From Pelomyxa schiedti (Eukaryota; Protista; Evosea), in the NCBI GenBank assembly GCA_020536535.1, contig JAHLWZ010000795.1:99913-163912 (forward strand): DNA of 64,000 nucleotides. The letters run 5' to 3'. Made by a program: the position numbers and the translations under genes. Positions 14,252-27,600 of this stretch are shown here, piece after piece. Below the pieces are notes generated by a model that saw only the letters and a list, made by a program, of their open reading frames with translations, did no database searches and was not told the origin of the DNA. Position 1 is the first letter of the stretch, and each line of letters begins with the position of its first letter.

Positions 14252-14903
14252 ATGTCGTACATGTTACCGCATCTTCATAATGGATGGCAAGTTGACCGCG
14301 CCATCCTGGAGGAAGAGGAACGCGTTGTTGTCATTCGATTTGGACACGATTGGGACCCTGAGTGCATGAAGTATGTTCCTTTTGTTACTCTTTGTGGTCT
14401 TTCCTCGCCAAAACAATGCTGGGCCAAACCAACTAACCCTCGCTTTGTGCTAAATGTATTTACGACAATGATATATATTGTGTGACTAAGATAAATATCT
14501 AGGATGGATGAAATACTGTATGGTGTGGCAATGAAAGTAAAAAACATGGCTGTCATTTATCTGGTTGATATAACTGAAGTACCAGACTTCAACAAGATGT
14601 ACGAATTATATGATCCAGTCACAACCATGTTCTTCTAGTATGTGCACAATAATTTTTCTTCGTTGTCTTACTTCTGTTTAGTAGAAACAAACACATAATG
14701 ATTGACTTGGGTACCGGAAACAATAACAAAAGTATGTTATCTTATTCCCTTATTTCGTTTTTTAATTGTGCACCACAGTTAACTGGGCAATGAACAACAA
14801 GCAAGAACTCATAGACATCGTAGAGACCATATACAGAGGAGCAAGAAAAGGACACGGTCTTGTCATTTCACCCAAGGACTACTCCACAAAATACAAGTAC
14901 TGA
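14252..14903 (+). CDS. DIM1: U5 snRNP thioredoxin-like protein Dim1/TXNL4A (4 exons)
   Basis: Spliced product MSYMLPHLHNGWQVDRAILEEEERVVVIRFGHDWDPECMK|MDEILY...VDITEVPDFNKMYELYDP..MFFY|RNKHIMIDLGTGNNNK|...RGARKGHGLVISPKDYSTKYKY*, near-identical to the conserved Dim1 sequence. Confidence 0.98.
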
Positions 14904-15064
14904 GTTACACAAGCCACCCAAGTCAGTGTTATGTGTTGACAATCCCAACCCATAAACAGCATAAATATCAAAAAAAAGTGTTTTTTAGTTACATATTCTA
15001 TACATTCTGTATTTCTTTTTCTTTTCTTGGGGTTGTTGTCTTAGCAACTGTGGGGTTTGGTTGT

Positions 15065-17609
15065 TTAGCTTACAGAGTGTTCTGGGGATGTGGTTGCCTC
15101 TGTGGCTGGAGGAGAGGGTGAATTGGTGCCAATTTCCGGACTTGTGGTGTTGGTTGGTTCTGTGTGTTGGATAATGAGGTCTGTTGCTGCTTCCGCCATG
15201 AGCCTCAGGGCTCGTGAAGGGTCGGTGGGTTTTGTGGTTGTTGGTGGGAGGGTTGATGGTGGTGGGGGTGGTGTTGGTGTTTGTTGGTCCACTACTACAT
15301 AGGTGGTGTCTGTTATTTGAGGTGAGGGTGTTTGGGTAGGGCTCGTCATGTATGTTTGTGGGGAGGTTGTGTAAGGTTGGATTACTGCGTTGCGGGAGTT
15401 GGACGATTTGCCCGTCCTGCGGCGCTTCGACTTCGGTGATATGGTGTCCCCGGAGGATTTCTTCCCAGGTGTATACAAAGAACCTTCTGTGTGAGAGCTT
15501 CTGTACTTTTTGGCCCACTGAAGACCACAGGCATTGCACAATCTGTCAATCTCAATAAGGTAGGAAGTATTTCGATAATAGGACACACGTTGCCGGTCCT
15601 TCAGGACCTTTCCGCCACTCGGGTGTGTTCTTTCTCCCACAGAAATGGCAATACAACTGGGATTTATCCACTCCAGATAACCTGCGTCTCGTGCTTGACT
15701 ACTTGTGGTTAGAAGTAAGAACTTTACTGTGCGGATGAGGCACCTTAGTAGGTTGAACAGGTTCTTGCACTGGTTCCTCTTGTGGCGTTATAAGGGGTGA
15801 CGATATGGGATTAAAAGATGGGATTGGAGGAGGTGGTGGAGGAGTTTGTTGGAGTTGAAGGAGCAACTTTCTGCAAATTTGGTTGTCTCCAACAGATTCC
15901 CCTTTTGCCTTCCCCCCTTTGCGTGTTGACTTCTTTGTAACCTCTTTTGGAGGCTCTTCTGAAACTTGAGGTTCTGTTTGGCATGGATTGTACATATTCG
16001 GGTCTTGCTTGGTGGGGTTGGCTTGGCGTTCATCTCTAACTGGCTCGAGAGTTTGAGCTTGTTGTTCAGTTCCGTAGTCATTTTGAACCTGAGTGGCTTC
16101 GGGCTGTTTCTGAAGCAGAGGAATCGTAAAAGTATCTTGTGGGTCTGGTCTTTCTGGTTGCTGTTGTTGCTGTTGCTGTTGTAGGAGAAGTTGCTCTAGA
16201 AGTTGCAGTTGCTGGGTTGCAATAAGCTGTCGTAGTTGGTTCTCAACAAAGATTTTTTGTTGTTGTTGCTCTCTTTGTTCTACCTCTAGCATTTCCATCA
16301 TTTTCTGTGGGTCCTGCGGGTACTGAAGGGGTTGCTGTTCTGGAGTGGGTTGCCATTGAATAAGTGCCTGTAGGAAGGTGGTGTCCAGTGATTTTTGCGC
16401 CTGGTCAGTAGAATCGTGAACAGACGAGGGAATTGGGGTAGGGAGTGGAGGAGGACAATCCAGTGTTGATGTGTTGGGTGAAATAACTAGATTTGCGGAA
16501 GGTGGTAAACAAGGTGAAAGTGAAGGGTTAGGAATGGGTGGTGGGTGTTCAAGTGGGATCAGTTGTTGTGGCAGCGACGGCGGGCACAAGACCCTACCAG
16601 CGCTACCTGCACTAGATAACGCGTCCTGCCCAAAAGCCGCAGAGGACAGGTACATCTCCTCGCGCTTTTGGGGGAGAACACCGGAGCCGCTGATGCAATC
16701 CGTTGTCGCGTCGGTCGCCACGAGTGCTGTCGGTTCGCTTTCGGTGGTCGGTTGCCCACTCGGTTCTTCCTCAGCACACTCGATCGAGTCTGGTGCCCCG
16801 GCCGACGTCGGTTCCTGTCCGACTTTTTTTCCTTGCGTCGGGTTCGGGTCGTTGCTTGTTGGGGTTGTGATGTCGCTGTTGTCGCCTTTTGTCGCAGTTC
16901 CGGCACGGCAGAGTGTCGCCTCACGTGTCGCTGACCGCACCACGTCCCCCTCTAATTTGGCTTTTTTTGGATCCTCCGGCAGAAACTGTAGATCAGAAGG
17001 TGGCCTTTCCGAATTCGGCTGATTCGAAATCGGGCTGGCAGCAGTTGCCGGGCAATGTGTGTCGGGAAACCCCAAAAAGCAACCGAAATTTGCCGAAGCG
17101 GCGTTGTCGTCGGCTTCGCGGCCGACTTCGTCGGTTGCCATGAGCTCCTCTGGGATTTGTGCCTCCTCGCGTTGTCGTCGGCTTCGCGCGCCGCGCGTCG
17201 TCGCTGTCTTGGTGGGGGATGACCGCGGCGTTATGGGCGACCGAGAGCGAGGCGTGTGCAGCGGCGACGTGTTGCACGAATGGCCGTTAGTGCTCGTGAT
17301 CGCGATGCAATCTCGCGGCTGGGAGTGGGCGGGAGCAGCTTTCTTGGGCGCTGCTACGGCGGCAGTGTGTTGTTGTTGTTGGCCGTGGTAGTGCCGGCTG
17401 CTGGATTTGCTGTCCTGGTGTCCTTGGTGTTGCTGCTGGGATTTACAGTTATGGCAAAGTCGCTGGGCGGCGTCGCGGCGCTCGCGGGCGCGGCGTGACA
17501 CGAGGGTAAGTGCAGCGGCTTTGACAACCCACTCGGCGACGTAGGCTCGCCGTTGTCGTTTGACGGCAGGGTCTCTGCCGCGAGGCTGGAGTGAATTATG
17601 GGACTCCAT
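15065..17609 (-). CDS. GATA zinc-finger transcription factor with long Q/P-rich N-terminal region
   Basis: Spliced finger CHFCGRKNTPEWRKGPEGPAT|LCNACGLQWAKK at about 15650-15510 (CX2CX18CX2C, Dictyostelium/fungal type), preceded by the 636-aa low-complexity ORF 15699-17609. Confidence 0.9.
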
Positions 17610-17941
17610 GGTGGGTTCACGTCCTTTGTAGTGACTACCACAAGCAGTTCGTCCTTTTGTTTTTTTTTTATTCTTTCGTTCTTGTCGATCTTGATAGAAT
17701 TGGCAATAAGCAACTTTTAGAGATGTTTGGCGATGAGAGATGCCGATCCAGTCTGTGAGGTAGTTCTCTTGATGTGATTTTCTGGCCCAGATTTCGAGGG
17801 CACTCAGGTAAAAGCACAGGCTGCCGGTGCATCACAAGTGCAAACCCCTTTCACAAGAAACAGTGTTCTCGCAGTGACTCCCGGCAGGAAACGTGTTCCC
17901 TGAACGCCGTGAAAAAAACAACAAACAAAAACAAACCCGTG

Positions 17942-20900
17942 ATGGTTTCGGTTTCGAATGCGCACACAGCCGTAATCGTCGTCGCCGCCGCCGCCGTCGT
18001 CTCGCTGCTCGCCCCCGCCTGCCTCTGCCAGTCTCCCCCTGCGGCGTCGTACGCGCGCGTCTACTACGTCCCGGGGGCGTCGCCTCCGTGGGACCCCTCG
18101 TGGGCCCCGGCCGTGGCCAGCGTCGACGTCGCCGCGGCGGGCTCGCCGTCGTCGCCGCCGTCGGTGTCGCCCCCCGAGGCCCGCTGCCTCCTCGGCCCCG
18201 GCGGCGACGGCGAGGACGTCGCGGCCTACATCTCGCAGGGCGCGTTCGCGGCCGACCTGGTCGAGGACCTCGAGGAGGACGGGGGCAGCACCCTGTGGTA
18301 CTACTTCGTCGCCGGGAAGACCCTGTACGCCGTGAATCTGACGTCGTGCGACGTGGAGGTCGTCTCGGCGCTAGCCACCCCCATCGACATTGTGGGACTC
18401 ACGTGGTCGGAATCCGACGGCGTCTTCTTCGCCATCGGGCACACCTTCGAGTGCGGAGAAGAACGAACAGTTCTGCACAGAATGACCAGAGATGGATTTC
18501 TGGAGCAAGTAGGAATGTTGCACTCTCCGGGATGGGAACGTGTGCAGTACTCGGTGGACAGTTTGGCGTTCTCTGACATGACTGGAGAATTGTATGCCTA
18601 CTCTGGAAGCCCTTGTGCCATGCATTCCATTGACCCGTGTGATGCAACTGTTGTGGCGTCTGCTGTGTGCCCGGGATCCGGTTATATTACCTCCAGGTAT
18701 CCTCCTAAATTTGGGTTTTGCTTTTCTGTCGTTTTTTTTTTTTTTCTTTGTTTTTTTTTGTTTTATTATCATTACTTGCTTAGTGATTTATTTCTTTTTT
18801 GGCCCGCTGTCATTGTGTGTATTAATATTGGTTGGGTACTACCAATGGAGTGATGTTTCCCTTGACTTCGACGATGAGACTGGGGAGCTCTATATGGCAC
18901 CAGCCAGTATTGTTGGCATTTGGATTATGAATCACACTGCATGCATCCCGATTTCTGAAATTACACCACCAGATGTCAGTGTATATGGAATTGGTGTGCT
19001 GCATATGTACGCCCATTTGCAGAGTCCCAGTAGCAGTGAGAGTTCTTCATATTTCACTGAGCTTGACGATTTCTCTGATGAGATAGGTGCTAATTTCGCA
19101 ATTTTCACTTGTGCTTCTTATGCAGGATTTACCTACCCAATTGAAAATTGGTTGTGTTCAGTCTGCCCTCCTGAGTGGGAGTCTCAGATTGATCTCATAG
19201 GAACGTTTAGAGATCCATGGCACTACTCTTTTGGGTATGTGATGCATGTGAATGGCATGGGCCTTCTAGTAGTAATAAGGGGGATTGCAGGGTCCACCCT
19301 GCAGTGGATGCTGGATGGTGACTTGAGACAAGACCTGTATCCACTACAACCAACAAGTGGGAAGCTTGCTCTAGTACACTCCGGATTTCTACAAATTACT
19401 GAAGCTGTTAAGTTGGCTGTAGAAAAACTTATCCGCGAGGGCTTGAGCATGTTCGAGTATTCCGACGTTGTATTTGCTGGTCACAGTATGGGAGGGTCTG
19501 TGGCGGCATTGTTAGCACCAATAGTTTGGGCTGACCTTTCATATGACTATGACTTGCCTCGTGGGTTTCTCAAGGTGATCACTCTGGGACAACCGCGTGT
19601 TGGGAATGCAGGGTTTAATGACGTCCTTTTATCTGCCACTGACTTTCACCATCGAGTTATTCACCATTGCGATCCTGTTCCACAAGTTCCGAGTGACGGC
19701 TACACACACTTTGCCACTGAACACTGGATTTCCGTTTGTGGAGGCAATACTTCCATTTCATGTGACAGTTCTGGTGAAGATCCTTCTTGCAGTAGGAGCT
19801 GTAGTACTGAGGAGTACACCAGTCACGCTTTGGACCACAACTTGTATTACAATGTTGCGTACCTCTCGACTACATGGTCATATGACACGGTCGATCCTTG
19901 TGAAGGAGAATGTTGGTCAAGTTCTGAAAGTTGCCAGTTTGATGCGAACAACGTACCAAAATGCATGTGTACGATCCCTGGACTCGTCACTGCAGAAGTT
20001 GGGGGGTGCCAGTTGCCGGATCCAATCAGTGTGGTACCCACACTCAATTCCGTTGTTTTGGAGATTAGAAAAACTGACACTGTTTCTGACTTGCTTGCTT
20101 TGTTCAAATTTGAACTTTCTGGAAAGTTCAATGTGGCCATAGAGACCATCATCAACTGGCACACTTCATCACCAAATACTAAAAGAGAGGACTGTACTAC
20201 AGTGAGCACGAACGACACAGCAGCGGAGAGTTGTCTGCTCTCTGTACAATTCGCATACTCTAATACTAGCAACAGCTCGTTTGCCTGGTTTTTCACAGAT
20301 ATACTTCATAATCACGCCACTCTTGAAACCTTTTCTATTATGCGTGCTTCAATTGCTGTAGTTGATGACAATGACACGCTCACATCCGTGTCAGTTGAGC
20401 AAACTGATGTAGTGACAGGTAACTCCGAGCTACTCCCTTCCCACTATTTATTCCTTACGATGAAAAAAGATCCCAGCTGTTCTGAGAGCTGTCTTCAGTC
20501 CTGGATAGGCGATGGGATGTGTGATATTGGTTGTCTTGTAGCAAGCTGTCAATATGACCAAGGGGACTGTCCTGATGTTCCCAGCAGCTCCGCAAGTGAA
20601 TCCAGGTCAGTCTCTAAATCAAGCTCTGCAAGTTCCAGTCAACAACAAAGTGTAGCATCAACGGCAAGTACAGAGTTGGACTCTGAAGGCAGCAGTTCCC
20701 ATTCCAGTTCAAGTACAAGACATTCTATCCCCCATTCAGATGAACAATCATCGCTTGTGAGTAATCCTCTGGAATCCTATCCACTTGGGCAGTCATCTCA
20801 ATACCTTGAGACCCCTTCCAGTGAGGACGTTATAACTGTCTCCCTCTGGATACTAGTTGCCGTTGCCGGAGGTGCAGGTGTTCTATGTATTCTGGCTTTT

Positions 20901-21050
20901 CTGGCAGGCCTCAGTGTGGCTTGTTGTGCCGTGAAGAAGAAGAATGAGCCTACTATTGAGGAGAGCTTTTCCTCTGCTTTCTCTGATGACGGCTCACGCA
21001 GAAGAGCAGGATTGGGACCAAGAGACATTCCTCTTGATAATTTGAACTGA
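17942..21050 (+). CDS. Type I membrane class-3 lipase with signal peptide, propeller-like N-terminal region, LNR (Notch) repeat and C-terminal TM helix
   Basis: Signal peptide MVSVSNAHTAVIVVAAAAVVSLLAPACLC. Lipase_3 motifs VHSGF, GHSMGG, TLGQPRVGN, DPVPQVP and DHNLYY. LNR CSESCLQSWIGDGMCDIGCLVASCQYDQGDC. TM segment VSLWILVAVAGGAGVLCILAFLAGLSVACC. One intron at about 18697-18850. Confidence 0.9.
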
Positions 21051-21183
21051 GCGCAAATTCCCTCCCACACAACATTATTCACTTTGTAAAACCCATATTT
21101 ATTTTGCATAATAGAGTTTTGTTACACAATGGTTTTTTTTTTTTGTTGTTGTTGTTGTGGGTTCACTGGTGATTCAATGTAGT

Positions 21184-22435
21184 TCAGAACCCTTGTACCA
21201 TCCGCCCCCCTTTGAAGACATAGAATGAGGCATCCTTCATAAATAGGTCACTGTAGTCATTCTGGTGTATGTAGAGGCGGAAGCCGCAGTGCCTGATGTA
21301 ATGGCCTGGGTAGTTCACAGATTCGAATGACACAGTCCCTGTTGCTCCGCATAGTCCCGGGACTTTACTGTACGAGTGTAAGAAGTAGTTTTTACATTAC
21401 ATATAATATGTCTCCCCATCTTAACAATAACGTTGAAAACACACCGGAATGATGCATCATTAAGATAAAGGGGAGCACTTTCTCTTGAATGCAACTTGAT
21501 TTCATAGTTTTGATGCCTAAAGAAGTGATTGGGATAGTTGACAGACTCAAAAGAAATGCAGTTGCCCCCAACAAGACCAGGCCGCAGTATGAAAGTAGAG
21601 TCCTGTTTATCTAGTGCGGTAGTGACTGGGTCAATGTAGCCCATGCCCCCCTTGTGCCTCATGAAGTGTGTTTGATAGTTGAATGACTGGAAGGAGTAAC
21701 TTTCGGCCTGTTGTGCTTCCACTATCGGGGTTGGAGTCGAGAGAGACACTGACCTGTTCAACGTCATGAAGGATGCATCTTGGTTAAATAAGTCACTTCC
21801 ATCCGCCCGGTGTATGTATAGTCTGAATCCCTGGTGCCGAATAAAGTGCCCAGGATAATTCACCGATTCAAACGAGACGGTTCGAGGGAGTCCACAAAGG
21901 CCATTTACCTGTCTGAAATTCCAAAAGAGAAAGAGATAGAATAAGTTTATTGTGTGATACATACAATAGAGTAAGGATAATGTAAAAAAAAAAAAAAGGA
22001 AGTGTTTATATACCTGAACGATGCATCATTGAGATACAAGTCGTTGGTCTCTTTTGCGTGAAGTTTAATTTCGTAATTCTGGTGCCTCAGGAATTGGTTT
22101 GGGAAACTGGCCGATTCGAACGAAATACTGCCCGGAGCACCCACCAGCCCCGGCCTTACGTGAAACGAAGAATCTGCAGTGTCCTTCTCAGTCCCGCTCA
22201 ATTCTTCGATGTAGCCCAGGCCCCCCCTGTGCCTTATGAAATGTGTAGGGTAGTTCACAGATTGAAATCCAGTAACTGCGACCAACGGCCGTGGTGGTGC
22301 CGCAGTTGCTGCTGTCGTTGCGGCGCTGGCGTTTGGTGGCGGCGAAACTGCAGTAGCGTTTGTGGTTATGGGAGTCTTGGGCGTCGCGGTGCTGGCACTG
22401 CCAGGCGTAGTCGTCGTAGCAGTAAGTCTGCCCAT
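21184..22435 (-). CDS. Tandem AbfB/CBM42 (arabinofuranose-binding beta-trefoil) protein with no catalytic domain
   Basis: Six repeats of the type (S)F(E/Q)S.N(Y/F)P.HF.RH....(I/L)......(F/Y)..DASF...PGL over three exons, which is the CBM42 subdomain signature. ATG at 22435, TGA at 21184. Confidence 0.88.
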
Positions 22436-22611
22436 TTTCTTATTTGTCGGTTAGACGACGAAGCGGTTTGGTTTTTTTAAATTGTGTTTAAAAAAAATGT
22501 TACTTGGTTGGGGTGAAATGAAAGTGGTATTACAAAGTATGAAGGGGTTGAAGTTGGGTGGTGTGTACCACGAGTGAGAAAGAAAGTAAGAAAGGGGCCA
22601 ATGCTGTGATA

Positions 22612-24323
22612 CTAGGAGTGTCCACCGGGAGGAGGTGGGGGAGGGGGGTAGGTAGGAGCCTGGAAGGAGGGAAGAGCCCACTGGTTGTCATGGTCCAGGG
22701 AGGGGCTGTCAGAGGAAGGAGGGTGCAAGGGGGTGCCGGAGCCCTGGGTGTGTGAGTGGGGACTAGGCGCTTGCTGCTGTATGGCCTGTGCGAGGTTTTT
22801 CCTCTGCCTGTATGTCTGTTTCATGGGATGAGAAAATGGGAAAGGAAAGAAAAGGAACGAGGTGGTACATTGATAATCTTTGCCTCCATTTGCTTGTCAA
22901 CAGCTGGGTGCTCCCCTGCAAAGGTAGTTTTGGGTGGGCCAACCGAAATTGCAACAGTAAAGTCATCTGGCAATCTTGACACAATATTAATGTATCATGA
23001 AGCCAAAACAGTGCTAATACGTATGTTTCTTGGAGCGGTCCAAGTTTTGAACACCAAAGGTTTCAACGTGGTACTTATCCGAAACAAAAGCTGTGTTAAA
23101 TATAACATGGAAAGCCTTAGATGATATTAGTTTTCAGTTTTTTTCATGATGAAGTTCTTAACCTCCTTGGAAGTAGCAGTAGAATAACATCGTATAAGTA
23201 CATCACTCCGAACATCCAGGGAAATTTTCACAGTAATATAATTATCTTCTGGGAAAAGTGAATAGGGTCTGCAACCAGAATTTGAGAATGAGGCATTTCT
23301 TTTGAGTTCAACTATGTTACCTTGTTTCAGCTGTGTTTAGAAGTAATTTTGGTTCAGGATATGTATGGTCATAAATTTCAAAGTACATTTCAGTATCTGG
23401 AAGAACTGGGCCCACTCTGATTTTGCGCAGTCTCACTGGACGAGAAATGAGCTCATATCCATTTAGGATGTTCCAAAAGTAATAAATATACCTGGGGAAG
23501 AAGTTTGTTGTGTTTGGTGGGAAAAAAAAATAACAGTACCGAATTTGAGATGGTTGTGTTACACCCTTTTCTGTGGCTGACCTCCGGGATGCAAAGTGCT
23601 GTGCTGCGGAAGCAATATCAGGGAACTCAGTGCAGTACAACAGCCAACAGATAACGACTACTCCTGTGCGTCCTTTTCCTCCCTGTTGGTGTCTTTGGTT
23701 TAAAGGAAAATGTTCATTTGTTTGAACAGTACCTTGCAATGCACAACAGCCACATTTAGGGAATTCTCTGAAAGCCATGTCTCAAGTGAGTTGAGAATGG
23801 TGAAAAGCCTTGGGATAGAAGGGGCGTGATGATCGAGGAACGGAAAGTCGAATATCTTTGGAGGAATGGGCATGCAACTTAATGGTGTTGTGAGGAAATA
23901 CCCTATTACTGAACTTTTCATAGTCGTACTAAAAGATGGTTGGCCTTGTTTCCACAACAAAGAAAAGTACCTGAATTTCAGAGAGGTTCCATATCATGAA
24001 ACGATCAGTGTGGTTTGCTTCAAGCAACCTTACAACCTATTTTGCGTGAAAATTTTCCAAAAAAACCCAGGGATAAAGGGAAAAAAAAACAACTTACTTC
24101 GTCAATGTGATTCCGCCACACAGCTGTCACACCAGATGACGGGAAACTCATTGCTGCAGGTATAGTGTGAGGAAAAGAGTACAAAAACAAAAGAAAAACA
24201 AAAAAAAAAAGGCGAACCCAAAATGTTGTCAGTAATGTAAGACAAGTCCAAGTCGAAGCCATTGGCTTGATACCGTAGACGATCTCGCGATACGAGTTTA
24301 CGAACACTTTTCAACAACGACAT
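22612..24323 (-). CDS. PTEN: PTEN-like phosphoinositide 3-phosphatase (phosphatase domain, C2 domain, Pro-rich tail)
   Basis: MSLLKSVRKLVSRDRLRYQANGFDLDLSYITDNIL|AMSFPSSG..WRNHIDEV, FPFLDHHAP, VHCK|GGKGRTG and GVTQPSQIRY. Multi-exon. Confidence 0.93.
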
Positions 24324-24675
24324 GGCCGGAGAAAGGGTATTACTTTTTTTTTCCCTTTACGTGAAATCTTTATTTTCTTGAGGTCTGAGATCCTCACTCA
24401 ATCTCGAAGCAGGCGACACCCTGAGCACACACGTGGTGTGTGCACGTTCACCCAACAGAATTTCTTCTCAGGGTTACCTTGACTCATCACTGGATTGGCA
24501 GTTTCTTCATTCGTCGAGTTTTATTTTTCTCAAATAAGCCGCTGGACGAGCGACCTCGATGTCGGACAACGGGTGTGTTCTTTTTTTTATTTGGTTTTTC
24601 TCCTCCCTTTGTTTCTTTGCTGCTGTGGGATTTTTTTTTTTTTTTTTTTTGTTGCTCAAACAAAGTTAAGGGAGG

Positions 24676-27600
24676 ATGATGGCAGTGGAGGGGATTCGCA
24701 TGCACCTTCGAGCACCCTTTTTTCGTTTGGTATTTTGTCCCATAGTGCATTATGCATTTGCAATAACGTTTTACTTTTTTTTTTGTTTTTTTTTTTGTTT
24801 TTTTTTCCCCCGTTTGCTGTGGTGTTTGATTGTTTCTCCCTCATTCTTAGAGGACCTTGTAAAATCTGGTGGGAGAAGAGGTTATCATTCTTGATGCACG
24901 CCTTTGGTTTCTGGTCTAAACTATGTAATAGGGAGCAGGGCCGCTATATATCAACAACTGCTCCAAGGTCTGAGGAGTCCTTCTCAAGATATGCAACTGG
25001 CTTCACTTGAGAACTTATCTCAATTGCTGGCCGTTGCAACAGAAGAGAACCTTTCTGGATGCAGGTTGTTACAACTACTTCTCACCAACTACAACATGAC
25101 ACTTGCCATAGTATAGAGGAAATTATTACTGAGGTACTCAAAATTATGAGTGCTCCCTCTGACAGTAATTTTCCTATGGAAAAGTGTATGTTGTATCAGT
25201 AGTTTTTTAAAAAAGAAAACCAACCAAATACAAGTGTATGCATCTCGGGCTCTTGCCCATATACTCGAAGCAATACCTAATATTGGGAATACCATGGTAG
25301 CAAGTGGTACTGCTCAAGTTTTGTGTGAGACACTCCGTCAATGTGGCTGGGATGACCTTACAGACCAGACTCTTTCTGTATCTAAAGTCTTCACTACTGT
25401 TTCACTAATGTGCCAAGACATTATGCAAACTCAGTGTCCAAAATCCTGTTCCTGTTCTAAGAGCTGGAGGGTTACTCTCTGTAATGCAAAATCTCGATTT
25501 TTTTACTGAAAACATGCAACGGGTTTCAATCAGTGCTTCCCTTCAAATCACTCTTACCCCTTGAAAGTCGGCCATTCAAACAGTCGCGAATCTATGTCGT
25601 CAAGCTCCAGGTGACGCTTTCAACGAGTGCATCAAGGAGGCACTTTCACCAATGGCACTACTTCTGAAACATCATGATAAAAAAGGTGAATTGGCTTGGA
25701 CTTACCCACTCCTCACACACAATAGTGGTTGAAAATGCAATTTTGTGTTTTGCAAGACTTGTTGAATCCTTTCGTGAATCAGAACCAGAACTTCAAGAAA
25801 TATTTAAATGTGATTTTGTCAGCCTTGCCACCCCTTTACTAGCAGGAGGCTCCACTGGTATTAGGTTAAATTCCAACTATGAGTATTATTATTCCAAGTT
25901 ACCACCCTTCTAGTCCCCAAAGTACATGTCTTCTCATGCGAACGCTGTCAACATTGTGTGCATCACCACAAGTTACATGTGAACTATTGGATTGTGGAGC
26001 TATAAAGATCATCAAAGAGTTCCTCTCCAGATTTGTGGAATCAAATAAAACATGTTTGTTTCACTAGTATTGATTACTTTTAACGGTTCCCTCGAACTTC
26101 TTGAACCCTCAGCATCTCCTTCCAAGCAAGGTACTAACACACCCCAATACCTTCTGGAAGTCCTTCACTTGGCTAATGAGATTATGCCACCAATGCCACC
26201 CGGTAAGACAGTTAGCCTTTTCTCAAATCTAAAAGAAAAAAAGCTCTGCTGATGGATTTTTCCAATCAAAGACACTTTTTCCGTTCTCTTATTCAGAAAT
26301 ACAAGACCACTGCACCAGCACCCACTCCCCCAGGCAGCATTCCCCCTTCTGAAACTGGAGACACGAGGTTCGTAGAGATTAAGCTAATATTTATACGAAA
26401 AATATTTAAATTATCTCTTGTCATACTCATTGTATGCAGTCAGCCGCAAGAACCCACAGCCACTGTGCCACCTGTCCAGGTTCCACACCCCAAAGAAATC
26501 ATTTTCCAATCGAAACCTGATGTACTTCTGTCGTATGCGAAGGTTGAGCACCTGTCAAATTTGCCACATTTTTCCTGACTTATTGAAGGGGTTATTTGGA
26601 CCGATAACGCAAATCTTTTCTACCAGCTCCCAACAAATTAGGCAGCCATGTCTGGTAATACTCTTGAAATTGCTCCATTTTTGTGCTAGGGAGGGTCTAG
26701 ATCAAGTGTTGCTGGTAGTCTCTTCCCTTAAAAAACATCATCTTACATCTAGCAGCATGCCAATTTCCCTGTGTTTCTTGCCAGTGCTTTAGGAAGTGAG
26801 GATGTATTTCTACAATTTACGGGACTTCAAATGTGCGATATTGTTGTCGCAAAAACGCCCCAGCTAATCCCTGTTCTGCGTCGAGAGGGTGTTATCACTG
26901 AAGTTCAAAATATTATCAAAGCCACAAGCACTGCACTTGCTCCCAGCTCAGGTGGTTCGTTAAGTGGAAGCTCTAGTGGAGCACTCTTAGGAAGAAAGTA
27001 TTCATCCCTTCCGAGTTTGAGAGAACAAGTGTTGTGTGATCAAGCACTAGGTGCATTTGCCTCAGGAATTTCACAAAAGTGTTTGGAAAAGGTTCCTTCC
27101 TCGGTTTTTTTCCAAGAAATCCAACATAAATAGGCTGGTGAAGTTGGAGATTCAAATGTAGCAGTCACTCTTACAAAGCTCGTCAAACAGCTTAGTGCCA
27201 TTACTTATGGTAATGCTCCTCCAGAAACCAACAGTTAACACCACACAGAGACCCCAGAGGCAGAGCAAGTGAGAATAATGACCGAGATCAAGGATTTACT
27301 GGCACAAGAGGATGGCGTATCCACATTCGAATTTATTGACAGTGGCCTTATAAAAGCATATCTTGATTTCTTCACCAAAGTTGATAAGCCAGGTTTCTTC
27401 GTCTCCTTTCGTTTTTACCTTACATATCTTAAGGCGAGCCGGAAGTCATCAAAGAGAAGTATTTAACTACCAGAATATGTACATTCGTGTCGGTGTACAT
27501 GCCTCCAAAGCAAACTGGAACTACACCAGCAGTAACACTTCCTCCGCCACTGAGCGTTCTGTTGCATAAACTTCATGATGCATTGAACAAGTGCGAGAGA

